Origin: Patescibacteria group bacterium
Lineage (GTDB): Bacteria > Patescibacteriota > Patescibacteriia > Patescibacteriales > UBA12465
Assembly (NCBI GenBank): GCA_028687275.1
Contig: JAQUAK010000004.1
Coordinates: 3,104 to 67,103 of the forward strand
DNA: 64,000 nucleotides
Direction: 5' to 3'
The notes below the pieces were generated by a model. That model was not told the origin of the DNA. It was given only the letters and a program-made list of their open reading frames with translations, and made no database searches. This document shows, in pieces, positions 41,407 through 50,798 of the stretch (position 1 is its first letter; every line of letters begins with the position of its first letter). A program made the translations under genes and the position numbers.

Positions 41407-44097
41407 TTATTGACAATTACCATCACTACCCAAAATGTTAGTGATAGTGCCATAACAACAAGAAGGGTTAACTTCATTTGCCGCACAAGCCGGCCCAGCA
41501 CTAGGCTTAAAACAATTTTGATAAATATCTTTCACCCCAGAACCCACTTGACTCTTATAACTGGCCGAAGATAACATGCTGTTATGATTAATAAAAGCAT
41601 ACGTTGTGTCCGGTTCGCCATCAAGTGGAGCAATATCTTTATTTTCAGCAGTCACCCAATAACCCATTGGGGTAGGCACGCCACTAAAGATATTTAATAA
41701 GCGATGTTCGACGACAGTTTGTCCATTATCAATCAAAGTACTGCCTGTACGCAAGCTATCGTTCATCATCAAGGTATTAAAGTTTATCTGCACGGGCAGA
41801 TTGGTATCAATGCCAACACTGCTATTGTCTGGATTTATATAAGTAATAGCTGGTGGATCAAGCATGATTTGATCATTAATATAAAAAGACCACTTATATT
41901 TATCTTTCAAAGATAAATCAATGCTATTATTTTCATTATAAAAAGACAGAGGACCATCTGCAAAAATATCTCTATTTCCGTCCAAGGAATTAGAAGCAGC
42001 GTCAACAAGCCCATCTAGAAGAGATAAATCAGCCACCGGATAGTTTTTTCCGTTGAAATCCTGACAAGTTTGATAATTTAAATATGGAGCACAAGTTGAA
42101 AATGGAGTAAAATCAACGCAATCTAAACTACTATTACAAGTCTTTAGATTGGCCGATACTAATTCAACCATTAAGTGACTGTTGGCGGGTAAACAATAAA
42201 TAGTCTCCCCACAAGCATTCTGCCCACACTCTTCATTAGAAATAAATTCAACCGTTTTATAGGCATTAGACACCATGAATTTGCCAGACAAGTGATTGCC
42301 AACGCAAACACTATTTTCACATTGATAAGATTGACAGTCGCTAGCTTGTTCACAACTACCCCCAGCTAATACAGAATTATCGGAGTTAATAATTCGAATA
42401 TAATCACTAACCTCATCGGCAGTTCCAGATAGAAGCAATGGATTCATAGCTTCATTAAAATTCAACTGAACAACAGAATTCATCGGTCGATCAACACGAT
42501 CACGTCGTTCATTTATTTTTACTAAATCCTTCCCACCATTAAAAGCCTGCAAGGCTAGGGCTGCCTGATTACTGGTACTTAAGGGGATATTATTACCGCC
42601 TGCACCAGCTACTTTTGCTGTTAATGTAACCTTAGGGCCAGATAAATTAACCAAAATTTGAGAACTCCCACTTAACTTATAATATATAGAAGATGCAAGA
42701 TCATCGTAATTACAATCATTATTAATAATATTTAATAAAATATTATTACCTAAACTATTATTAGCAAAACTATAAATATCACCACCAACCGTCAGCTGGT
42801 CGGCCAATACCTCAGGATTAATTGCAACAGCCCAAGAATTACCAGCCTCATGAGCGGCAACTGTTAAAGAAAAGAATCCTGGGAAAGTAACTTGATTATT
42901 ATTCCAGTTAGCAACTCCCATTAGATTTTGACCATTAAATAATTGTGCCTGGGTGTTATCGCTAAGAGATAAAACAGAAAAAGCACTGATACTAGAATGA
43001 TAATTGCTATCAATCAAGGCTGTGGCCGATTGACCGCCAGCAATAGGGGTGACATTAGTCACAACTGCTGGCTGATAAATATTAGGGCAAGCCTGAACCT
43101 GAATTGAAGCTTGAGCTGCCACCGCTGCTTCAGTCTGATTCATAATATCTCCCTCATTATCTGGCAAAGGAAAAATACCACCTCGAACTACCTGCGGAGG
43201 GGTTAAATCTAAATTATTACTAACTTCAAAATTCCACCTGAAATAGTCAGTATTACAAGTCTTAAAAATAGAATCATCATTATCTTTTAATAAACCACTA
43301 GTTAGTTTAACTTCATATTCTGTATTCCCCTCTGGCACACCCAATAAAGCTGAAGGCGCGATAATAAAAGTCTTCCTATCACTAGAAGCTTTAATCACAG
43401 CCTCTGAAACGTTCGTATTATCAGCGGGACAGGTATCAGTTCCACAATTATCACCCAAATCAGTTCGAAAAATTCTAATGTTATCAGGATTAATATATTT
43501 GCAACTAGCATCATCACAAGCACAACTAATACCAGCGGCATTTTGACAAACACTATCTAATCTTAAAGCTTCTTTAAAGCTAACAATAATAGCCGTATTG
43601 CGAGCAATATTGTTTTGTCCATTTTCAGGATATACTCTCTCAATAGTACAAGCCCCAATAGCGCCTGTACCCACCAAGGAGGAACCGCCAGAGTTGCCAG
43701 TAAAAATGGAGCTGCCAGAGCCGGTTGCCTGCAACAAACGATTTAAAATGAAAGTGGCAATACCCCAAGATGATAAAATAATAACCAAACCAATAATAGC
43801 ATTCTTTAATATTTTTTTAGCCTCTTCAACTTTTTCATCGTTACCAGCGCTAGTCATCCATACAAAGCCCGCATAAATTATCAGACCAACCGCAATCACA
43901 CCCAAAAATAACAGGACAATATTAATAATCCGAGCAATTATAATACGCGGATCGGTGTTAGATAATCCCTCTCCATTGAAACCAGCATTAATTTCATTGA
44001 CTCCCACGTCAATATTCTGAGCAAAGGTAAAGCTAGCTATACTGAGACCTATAACTACAATTATAGGAATTAAAAAAAGTGTAAATTTTCGACGCAT
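41407..44097 (-). CDS. large (896 aa) surface protein: signal peptide plus TrbC/VirB2-like two-helix hairpin, followed by SbsA-Ig/Big_5-like domains
   Basis: N-terminus ...ASFTFA-QNIDVG.., TM1 IINIVLLFLGVIAVGLIIYAGFVWM, loop TSAGNDEKVEEAKKILKN, TM2 AIIGLVIILSSWGIATFILNRL. Big_5-like starts VYPENGQNNIARNTAIIVSFKEAL, DRPMNSVVQLNFNEAMNP and INPDNSSVGIDTNLPVQINFNTLM. Confidence 0.75.
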   Translation of the reverse strand: MRRKFTLFLIPIIVVIGLSIASFTFAQNIDVGVNEINAGFNGEGLSNTDPRIIIARIINIVLLFLGVIAVGLIIYAGFVWMTSAGNDEKVEEAKKILKNAIIGLVIILSSWGIATFILNRLLQATGSGSSIFTGNSGGSSLVGTGAIGACTIERVYPENGQNNIARNTAIIVSFKEALRLDSVCQNAAGISCACDDASCKYINPDNIRIFRTDLGDNCGTDTCPADNTNVSEAVIKASSDRKTFIIAPSALLGVPEGNTEYEVKLTSGLLKDNDDSIFKTCNTDYFRWNFEVSNNLDLTPPQVVRGGIFPLPDNEGDIMNQTEAAVAAQASIQVQACPNIYQPAVVTNVTPIAGGQSATALIDSNYHSSISAFSVLSLSDNTQAQLFNGQNLMGVANWNNNQVTFPGFFSLTVAAHEAGNSWAVAINPEVLADQLTVGGDIYSFANNSLGNNILLNIINNDCNYDDLASSIYYKLSGSSQILVNLSGPKVTLTAKVAGAGGNNIPLSTSNQAALALQAFNGGKDLVKINERRDRVDRPMNSVVQLNFNEAMNPLLLSGTADEVSDYIRIINSDNSVLAGGSCEQASDCQSYQCENSVCVGNHLSGKFMVSNAYKTVEFISNEECGQNACGETIYCLPANSHLMVELVSANLKTCNSSLDCVDFTPFSTCAPYLNYQTCQDFNGKNYPVADLSLLDGLVDAASNSLDGNRDIFADGPLSFYNENNSIDLSLKDKYKWSFYINDQIMLDPPAITYINPDNSSVGIDTNLPVQINFNTLMMNDSLRTGSTLIDNGQTVVEHRLLNIFSGVPTPMGYWVTAENKDIAPLDGEPDTTYAFINHNSMLSSASYKSQVGSGVKDIYQNCFKPSAGPACAANEVNPSCCYGTITNILGSDGNCQ

Positions 44098-44122
44098 TTT
44101 ATTTTAATTGAACCGCAAAGCG

Positions 44123-44131
44123 TGGTATAAT
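44123..44131 (+). promoter_or_regulatory. possible extended -10 element upstream of rel
   Basis: TGGTATAAT, 57 nt upstream of the rel ATG. No convincing -35 at 17 nt. Confidence 0.35.
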
Positions 44132-44188
44132 TTAAAAGCTCAGCAGTTATGATTATTATAGCATAAACAGTAAAAACATAAAAACAAA

Positions 44189-45655
44189 ATGAACATAGAC
44201 CGCATCGTAAAAAAATTTAAAGAAAGCCATCCCGATGAAGACGCAACTATGTTGTATCTGGCTTATGATTTTGCTAATGAAGCCCATGCTGGCCAATTAA
44301 GAAAAACTGGAGAACCCTATATTCAGCACCCTCTTCACACTGCTTTTATCCTAGCAGAAATTAAAGCTGATTTGCCAACAATCATAGCTGGCTTGATTCA
44401 TGATGTACCTGAAGATACTGATCGGACAGTCGAGGACGTGCAAAAAAACTTTGGCGAAGAAGTTGCTAGCCTAGTGGCTGGTATTACTAAATTGGGGAAA
44501 ATTAAATATCGAGGTATCGAGCGCTATCGTGAAAATCTTAGAAAGATGTTTCTCGCTATGACTACCGACATCAGGGTTATTTTTATTAAATTTTGTGATC
44601 GTCTTCATAATTTACGCACTCTCGAAGGCTTGCCTCCAGCTAAACAAAAAAGAATCGCCCAGGAAACTTTAGAAATTTATGCTCCCATTGCCGGCATGTT
44701 AGGGATTTGGCGTTTAAAATGGCAGCTGGAAGATTTGTGTTTTAAATATCTTTATCCGGATAAATTTCAAGAACTTGAACAAGAATATGAAGTTGAAAAA
44801 AAGGCTGAACGCAACCAATATTTTCAAAAGATTAAGACTGAAATCATTCCTAGATTAGAAGAAATTAATTTAAAATACGATATTGAAGTACGCTTTAAAC
44901 ATTTATACAGCATCTTCCAAAAGATGCAGCGTAAAGATAGAAAATTTGATGAAATTTATGACGTGTTTGCCTTAAGAATTATTGTGGCTGATGTTAACAG
45001 TTGCTATAAAGTTCTAGGCATTATTCATGCTCTTTGGAAGCCTAAGCCAAACCGCTTTAAAGATTATATTGCCGTGCCTAAACCTAACGGCTACAGATCA
45101 TTACACACCACTATCTTTGGTCCTGAAGGAAAAGCAGTTGAGTTCCAAATCAGAACACAAGAAATGAATGACGAATCCCTCTATGGTTTAGCCGCCCATT
45201 GGTATTACAAATCCAAAAATCAAAACGGACAGCAACCACTATGGGTAAAAGAAATTATTGATATTCAAAAAGAAGTTTTAGATACTAATGAGTTAATTAA
45301 AGACATTAAATTAAATATCTTTAATGATCGTATTTTCGTCTTCTCTCCTAAGGGGGATGCCTTTGAGCTAACCGAACACTCAACCCCAATTGATTTTGCC
45401 TACGCCATTCACACTAATGTTGGCAATCAGGCGACCGGCGCCATTATTAATGATCGCTTAGGCAAACTTGATCAGGAGTTAAAAAATGGCGATCTGGTAG
45501 AAATTATTACTGATAAAGGTAGACAATACCCTAATCGCGACTGGCTTAAATTTGTAAAAACTAAGCGTGCTCGCGATCGTATTAAACAGTTCGCTCGCAA
45601 GAGCCCACTTGAAAATATCAAACGCTTTTTACCAGGCATCAAACCTAAAAAATAA
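44189..45655 (+). CDS. rel: bifunctional (p)ppGpp synthetase/hydrolase, short long-RSH (HD-SYNTH-TGS only)
   Basis: 488 aa. HD motifs HPLHTA..LIHDVPEDT. Synthetase motifs RFKDYIAVPKPNGYRSLHTT and EFQIRTQEMN. TGS domain IFVFSPKGDAFELTEHSTPIDFAYAIH. Ends about 50 aa after TGS. Confidence 0.85.
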   Translation: MNIDRIVKKFKESHPDEDATMLYLAYDFANEAHAGQLRKTGEPYIQHPLHTAFILAEIKADLPTIIAGLIHDVPEDTDRTVEDVQKNFGEEVASLVAGITKLGKIKYRGIERYRENLRKMFLAMTTDIRVIFIKFCDRLHNLRTLEGLPPAKQKRIAQETLEIYAPIAGMLGIWRLKWQLEDLCFKYLYPDKFQELEQEYEVEKKAERNQYFQKIKTEIIPRLEEINLKYDIEVRFKHLYSIFQKMQRKDRKFDEIYDVFALRIIVADVNSCYKVLGIIHALWKPKPNRFKDYIAVPKPNGYRSLHTTIFGPEGKAVEFQIRTQEMNDESLYGLAAHWYYKSKNQNGQQPLWVKEIIDIQKEVLDTNELIKDIKLNIFNDRIFVFSPKGDAFELTEHSTPIDFAYAIHTNVGNQATGAIINDRLGKLDQELKNGDLVEIITDKGRQYPNRDWLKFVKTKRARDRIKQFARKSPLENIKRFLPGIKPKK

Positions 45656-45668
45656 TTTTTATAAATAC

Positions 45669-45699
45669 AAAAAACCCCACGAAAAACGTGGGGTTTTTA
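45669..45699. terminator. bidirectional intrinsic terminator between convergent rel and rpsU
   Basis: AAAAAACCCCACG-AAAAA-CGTGGGGTTTTT, a 7-bp GC-rich stem with an A-run and T-run on either side. Confidence 0.75.
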
Positions 45700-45712
45700 T
45701 ATACTCAAATGA

Positions 45713-45943
45713 TTAACGATTTTGAGTTTCTTCTAGCTTACCGGTTTTGCGTAAAATTTCTTTTTTGTGTCGCATTTCCATACTAGTTAAAGCATAGATT
45801 TTTTGCTGACGCTTGGTCTTTTTGGGCGCTAAATGTTGTTTAGAGCGTGCTTTCTCAAGACGCTTACTATTCTTTAAGCCCTTCTTAAATTTACGTAAGA
45901 AACTTTCAAAACTTTCACCAGGTTTACGATTAAAATCAGCCAT
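45713..45943 (-). CDS. rpsU: 30S ribosomal protein S21
   Basis: 76 aa, very basic. ESFESFLRKFKKGLKNS resembles the S21 N-terminal motif. 8-nt overlap with the hisS stop. Confidence 0.8.
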   Translation of the reverse strand: MADFNRKPGESFESFLRKFKKGLKNSKRLEKARSKQHLAPKKTKRQQKIYALTSMEMRHKKEILRKTGKLEETQNR

Positions 45944-47294
45944 AAATTACACCCTCCTTTCTATTTACTTTTTTCTCCAACTTATCCTTTACTTTCTTAA
46001 AGGCAACTGTTTCTTGAACGCCTGACTCCATGTCCCTGAGTAATATCGTTTCATCCATTACTTCCTTTTTTCCTAAAATCAAACTTATTTTTGCATTTAA
46101 ACGACTAGCTTCTTCCATCTGGCTTTTCAAACTATCAGTAGAAAATGATTGACGCACATTAAAACCAGCTCGACGTAATTCTTCAAATAAAATATAAGAT
46201 TTTATTTTTGCCTGTTCGCCTAACTGAGCTAAAAAGACCAGCTCTTCTTTCAAATTTGGTAACACTAACTTATCTTTAATCTTAGAAACCGTCCTTTCTA
46301 AACCAATGGCAATGCCAACAGAGGGGGTCGGGCGACCGCCCAAACTTTCTACTAAATTATCATAGCGACCACCACCAGCTAAAGCTAACTTGCTCTGTAA
46401 AACGCCCTCATCATTTATAGGCCAAAATTCAAAAACAGTATCATTATAATAACTCAAACCACGAACCAAATAAGGATTAAAATTATAAGGAATATTCAAC
46501 TCATCTAGATATTCAAGCACCTTAGCAAAATGTTCACGACTTTCATCGGACAAACAATCAGCGATTTGTGGAGCCTCATTTAATAATTGCTGACAAGCGT
46601 CTTCCTTACAGTCAAGTAGAGCGATTGGATTCTTGAGTAAATTTTTCTTACAGTTATTACATAATTTTACCCGACGACCACGTTCTTTATAGAAATTAGT
46701 TAACTTAGTATTATACTCCTTGCGGCAATCGGCCTTACCAAGACTATTAATTTGAATTTGAAAATTAGCCTCAAGATCAAGAAAAAAATTATAAGCGGCT
46801 ACTATCAATAAAGCTTCAGCCATAGGCTTGTCTTCGCCAATAACCTCCATATTAAATTGATTGGATTCACGAAAACGTCCATTTTGCATTTTCTCATGAC
46901 GAAAAACAGGACCAATAGAATAAAGTCTGACTGGCTGAGGCAATTCGACAAAGTTATTTTCAATATAAGCACGCAATATTCCCTGAGTTAACTCTGGTCG
47001 TAAAACTGCTTTTTCTCCTTTATCACAATCAACTCCGTAGATTTCCTTATCGCCACTATTACGCATTGACTGCTTAAACAAATCAAGATTCTCAATAACT
47101 GGGGTTTTAATAGCATTAAAACTATAAACCTCAGCTAAAGAAGCAGCCTTATCCGTCACGCTACTTAAATATCTAAATTCAGCCGGCAAAGTATCTTTCA
47201 TACCCATAAGACGGTCTACAGCTTTGAGACTTTTTCTTTCCACTGACTTCACTTTACCAGAAGAATTTCTTGGATTTATTTTTTGTTTAGGCAT
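45936..47294 (-). CDS. hisS: histidine--tRNA ligase
   Basis: 452 aa. GMKDTLP start region, motif 2 LYSIGPVFRHE, motif 3 GGGRYDNL. C-terminal anticodon-binding domain. TGA stop. Confidence 0.9.
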   Translation of the reverse strand: MPKQKINPRNSSGKVKSVERKSLKAVDRLMGMKDTLPAEFRYLSSVTDKAASLAEVYSFNAIKTPVIENLDLFKQSMRNSGDKEIYGVDCDKGEKAVLRPELTQGILRAYIENNFVELPQPVRLYSIGPVFRHEKMQNGRFRESNQFNMEVIGEDKPMAEALLIVAAYNFFLDLEANFQIQINSLGKADCRKEYNTKLTNFYKERGRRVKLCNNCKKNLLKNPIALLDCKEDACQQLLNEAPQIADCLSDESREHFAKVLEYLDELNIPYNFNPYLVRGLSYYNDTVFEFWPINDEGVLQSKLALAGGGRYDNLVESLGGRPTPSVGIAIGLERTVSKIKDKLVLPNLKEELVFLAQLGEQAKIKSYILFEELRRAGFNVRQSFSTDSLKSQMEEASRLNAKISLILGKKEVMDETILLRDMESGVQETVAFKKVKDKLEKKVNRKEGVIYG

Positions 47295-47315
47295 AACATC
47301 TTAAAGAAATTTATA

Positions 47316-47891
47316 TTATTCGATATTAGATGAATAGTCAACTGGATCGTTAAAAATAGCAGCCCGATTAAAAGGCCAGCCACGCAAGAAAACTCTTCCA
47401 GTAATAAAACTACGATTCACTGGACCAAAACTACGTGAGTCCTTAGAGGCGGTACGATTATCTCCCATCACAAAATATTCATCAGCGGCTAAAGTAATCT
47501 TATCATCCAAATTAGAGTAACTCGGCGTGTTTTTATCCAAATAATTTTCCACTAAAATCAAGCCCCCTGGGTTATCATCGTTATAAATAATTACTTTTCC
47601 ATCTTTTACTTGAACTCCTTCGCCAGGCAAAGCAATAATTCTTTTAATAAAATACTCCTGCGGATTTAAAGGATAGCGAAAAACAATTACCTCGCCTCTT
47701 TCAATTGCCCTAAACCGGTAACTAATTTCATCAATAATCAAATACTCGTGATCATGAAAATTAGACTCCATCGAAGCACCTTTAACGTAGAAAGGCTGTA
47801 TCAAAAAATAGCGTACTGGGATAATAATAGCTAAAGAAATGGCTACCACTTTAACTGTCTCCCACATTAAAATCAAAAATTTCTTATACAT
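47316..47891 (-). CDS. lepB: signal peptidase I
   Basis: 191 aa. N-terminal TM, catalytic Ser box KGASMESNF, Lys box IKRIIALPGE, GDNRTASKDSR. Confidence 0.85.
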   Translation of the reverse strand: MYKKFLILMWETVKVVAISLAIIIPVRYFLIQPFYVKGASMESNFHDHEYLIIDEISYRFRAIERGEVIVFRYPLNPQEYFIKRIIALPGEGVQVKDGKVIIYNDDNPGGLILVENYLDKNTPSYSNLDDKITLAADEYFVMGDNRTASKDSRSFGPVNRSFITGRVFLRGWPFNRAAIFNDPVDYSSNIE

Positions 47892-48016
47892 ATCTAAATC
47901 TTCTAATTTTGTTTATTTTAGCAACTAAAAACCACTGCATTACAGCAGTCTACTCGTAATGTTAAATGAGTATATCATAAAAATATTAAAAAAGCAAGAC
48001 AGAAAAAATTCTAATA

Positions 48017-49069
48017 TTAGCCAATAAACATCGCATCGCCGTAACTGTAAAAACGATAATTACTTGCTATAGCCTGCTTATAAGCCTCCTTAATTTCTCT
48101 TTCACCAGCTAGAGCTGAAACCAGCATTAACAAGCTAGATTTAGGCAAATGAAAATTAGTTATTAAGGAGTCTAAAAGTTCAAATTTATAACCAGGATAA
48201 ATAAATATCTCCGTCCATTCATTATAAGACTCCCCTAAAGAGAGTTTGCCCTGTTTAATGGCTTGGCCATAAGATTCTAAAACACGGCAACTGGTTGTAC
48301 CTACGCCAATAATGCGCTGACGATTTTTTTTAGCCCGAGCAAGTAGTTGAGCTGATTTTTTAGTAATAGAAACATATTCGGAATGCATTTTATGATCAAT
48401 AATATTATCTTCTTTAACCGAAGCAAAAGTACCTAGCCCAACATGTAAAGTTACTGGCACTAATAACACTCCAAGCGCAGACAATTGCTTTAACAAACGC
48501 TTAGTAAAATGTAAGCCAGCGGTTGGTGCCGCCACTGAGCCGATATTTTTCTTAGCAGCATAAACAGTTTGATAGCGCACTCTGTCTAAATGTTGCTTCT
48601 CATTTGGAGTGATATAGGGCGGCAGGGGCATACGTCCAATTCTTTCTAAAATTTTCCAAAATTTTTCTTTTTCAAAATTGAAAGAAACCAACCAAGTGCC
48701 ATCACCTTGATCTGCAAGCAATCTGCCTTCTAAGCCAAGTCCAAGCACAATTATAGCGCCAGCTTTTACCTTGCCTCCGATTAAACACTCCCAAATAAAA
48801 GCTTGCTTATGCTTATGTAAAAAAACTTCGACGCGACCACCTGTTTCTTTTTTATGACCTAATAATCTCGCCGGGAAAACCTTAGAATCATTAATAACTA
48901 AAATATCTCCCTTTTTTAAAATCTTTGACAAATCATCAAAACGACGATGAATTATCCCGCCATTATTTTTATCCAAACATAAAAGCCGGGCATGGTCGCG
49001 CGGCTTAGCTGGCTCTTGAGCAATTAACTCTTGAGGCAATGAGTAATCAAAATCTTTTAAAGACAGCAT
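48017..49069 (-). CDS. queA: S-adenosylmethionine:tRNA ribosyltransferase-isomerase
   Basis: 350 aa. FDYSLPQELIAQEPAKPRDHARLL, TAGLHFT, RFYSYGDAMFI. Confidence 0.9.
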   Translation of the reverse strand: MLSLKDFDYSLPQELIAQEPAKPRDHARLLCLDKNNGGIIHRRFDDLSKILKKGDILVINDSKVFPARLLGHKKETGGRVEVFLHKHKQAFIWECLIGGKVKAGAIIVLGLGLEGRLLADQGDGTWLVSFNFEKEKFWKILERIGRMPLPPYITPNEKQHLDRVRYQTVYAAKKNIGSVAAPTAGLHFTKRLLKQLSALGVLLVPVTLHVGLGTFASVKEDNIIDHKMHSEYVSITKKSAQLLARAKKNRQRIIGVGTTSCRVLESYGQAIKQGKLSLGESYNEWTEIFIYPGYKFELLDSLITNFHLPKSSLLMLVSALAGEREIKEAYKQAIASNYRFYSYGDAMFIG

Positions 49070-49081
49070 AAATAAAAAAAC

Positions 49082-50089
49082 TTAAGCTATATCTCTACTT
49101 TTACTAAGATGAGTATAGGCGGCGGCCGTAGCTAAGCGTCCTCGTGGAGACCTGTCTAAAAAGCCTAACTGTAATAAATATGGTTCATAAATATTTTCTA
49201 AAGTATCGATTTCTTCGCCAGTAGCGGCGGCTAAAGTATTTAAACCAACTGGTCCGCCTTGAAATTTATCAATTAATGTATTGAGGATTTTGCGATCAAC
49301 TGCGTCAAGTCCCAGTTGATCAATGCCTAATAAAGAAAAAGCATCGGCACAGGCGGCCTGACTAATCTGCCCAGCATTTTTAACCTGACAGTAGTCTCGT
49401 ACGCGTTTTAATAAACGATTAGCTATACGCGGCGTTCGTCGCGAACGACCAGAAATAGCTTTAGCTGCCTCTATTGGTAAATCTATTTTAAATATATTAG
49501 CACTACGAGTGATAATTTTTTCCATTTCATCAGCTTGATAAAATTCTAAGTGATGAGAGAGTCCAAAACGATCACGCAAAGGAGCCGACAATAAACTTGC
49601 TAAAGTGGTAGCGCCAATAATAGTAAAATGCGGCAAATCTAAGCGCAAGGTTCTAGCGCTAGGCCCTTTACCCATAACAATATCTAAAGCATAGTCTTCC
49701 ATGGCGGGATATAATATTTCCTCAACTGTCTTAGGTAAGCGATGAATCTCGTCGATAAAAAGAATATCTCCTTCTTCAAGATTGCTTAAAATAGCGGCTA
49801 AATCACCACTTTTTTCAATGGCCGGTCCTGAAGTGACTCTTATATTAGCCCCCATTTCATTAGCAATTACGTGGGCTAAGGTGGTCTTACCTAGGCCGGG
49901 AGCTCCATACAATAAAACATGCTCAATTGATTCTTTTCTTTGTTTAGCGGCGGAAATTGCTATCTCTAAGTTAGCCTTAATATCTTTCTGTCCGACATAC
50001 TCACTTAAAAAACGAGGACGTAGAGTCATCTCCAGAACTTCTTCTTCAATTGTTTCTTGCGGATCAAGCAAGCGTTTTTCGTCTGACAT
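49082..50089 (-). CDS. ruvB: Holliday junction branch migration helicase RuvB
   Basis: 335 aa. [12 protein letters not shown], Walker [10 protein letters not shown], Walker [11 protein letters not shown], sensor GATT. Confidence 0.95.
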   Translation of the reverse strand: MSDEKRLLDPQETIEEEVLEMTLRPRFLSEYVGQKDIKANLEIAISAAKQRKESIEHVLLYGAPGLGKTTLAHVIANEMGANIRVTSGPAIEKSGDLAAILSNLEEGDILFIDEIHRLPKTVEEILYPAMEDYALDIVMGKGPSARTLRLDLPHFTIIGATTLASLLSAPLRDRFGLSHHLEFYQADEMEKIITRSANIFKIDLPIEAAKAISGRSRRTPRIANRLLKRVRDYCQVKNAGQISQAACADAFSLLGIDQLGLDAVDRKILNTLIDKFQGGPVGLNTLAAATGEEIDTLENIYEPYLLQLGFLDRSPRGRLATAAAYTHLSKSRDIA

Positions 50090-50101
50090 AAATTATTATT
50101 A

Positions 50102-50767
50102 TTAATCCCAAGTTTGATGACCGTCGCCTTCAATATCAATAATTAATCCTAGAAACTTTGGCTTCGAGCCTAAATTAATATCTAACCAAGCCTTAATTGA
50201 AGCCAGCCACTCACGTCGTTTCATATAATCGATATTTGCATAATAACGTTTATCAGCATGACAGCCCCAAGCGTCAATATCTAAATGCTGAGAAATATAA
50301 AGCGCTCTGGATAGATGAAAATCTTGAGTGGCAATCAACAATGAATTTAAAAGAAATATATTCTTAGCTCTATAAATGCTATCAAAAGTATCAAAACCAG
50401 CATGATCTAAAAATATGTCTTCTGGGGCCACATTTTTATCCAAGAGGTAGTCTTTACCGGCATTAACCTCATCATAAAAAGCACTACCATGATCGCCACT
50501 AACTAATATTTTTTTAACCAAACCAGCCTGATACAAATCAACAGCGGTGTCTAAGCGATCGGCAAAGACAGGGCTAACTTGTTCTTTGCTATATACCTTG
50601 GCGCCAAGAACTAATACAGCTGGTCGCTGCCCCTTAATATCAGCAATACAATTTTCTACTATAAAATTATCATAAGAAGCTACTCTTTGCTGAATGAGCC
50701 ACAAAGACCAAAGAGCAAATATTAAAAAATAAACTAGCCAACGAATTTTAATATATCTACCCAACAT
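50102..50767 (-). CDS. SanA/YdcF-like (DUF218) membrane-anchored protein
   Basis: 221 aa. N-terminal TM, then ILVSGDHGSAFYDEVNAGKDYL and THDFHLSRAL-like (QDFHLSRAL) motifs typical of SanA. Confidence 0.7.
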   Translation of the reverse strand: MLGRYIKIRWLVYFLIFALWSLWLIQQRVASYDNFIVENCIADIKGQRPAVLVLGAKVYSKEQVSPVFADRLDTAVDLYQAGLVKKILVSGDHGSAFYDEVNAGKDYLLDKNVAPEDIFLDHAGFDTFDSIYRAKNIFLLNSLLIATQDFHLSRALYISQHLDIDAWGCHADKRYYANIDYMKRREWLASIKAWLDINLGSKPKFLGLIIDIEGDGHQTWD

Positions 50768-50798
50768 AAGAAAGTAATGAATTAATTAAAAATAAGAA

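Noticed and set aside
45936-45943. Possible alternative genetic code (UGA recoding, as in some CPR lineages)
   Set aside because: All conserved proteins translate full-length under the standard code with no internal TGA. hisS terminates at a TGA at the expected C-terminus, overlapping the rpsU start (ATGGCTGA). The standard bacterial code fits.
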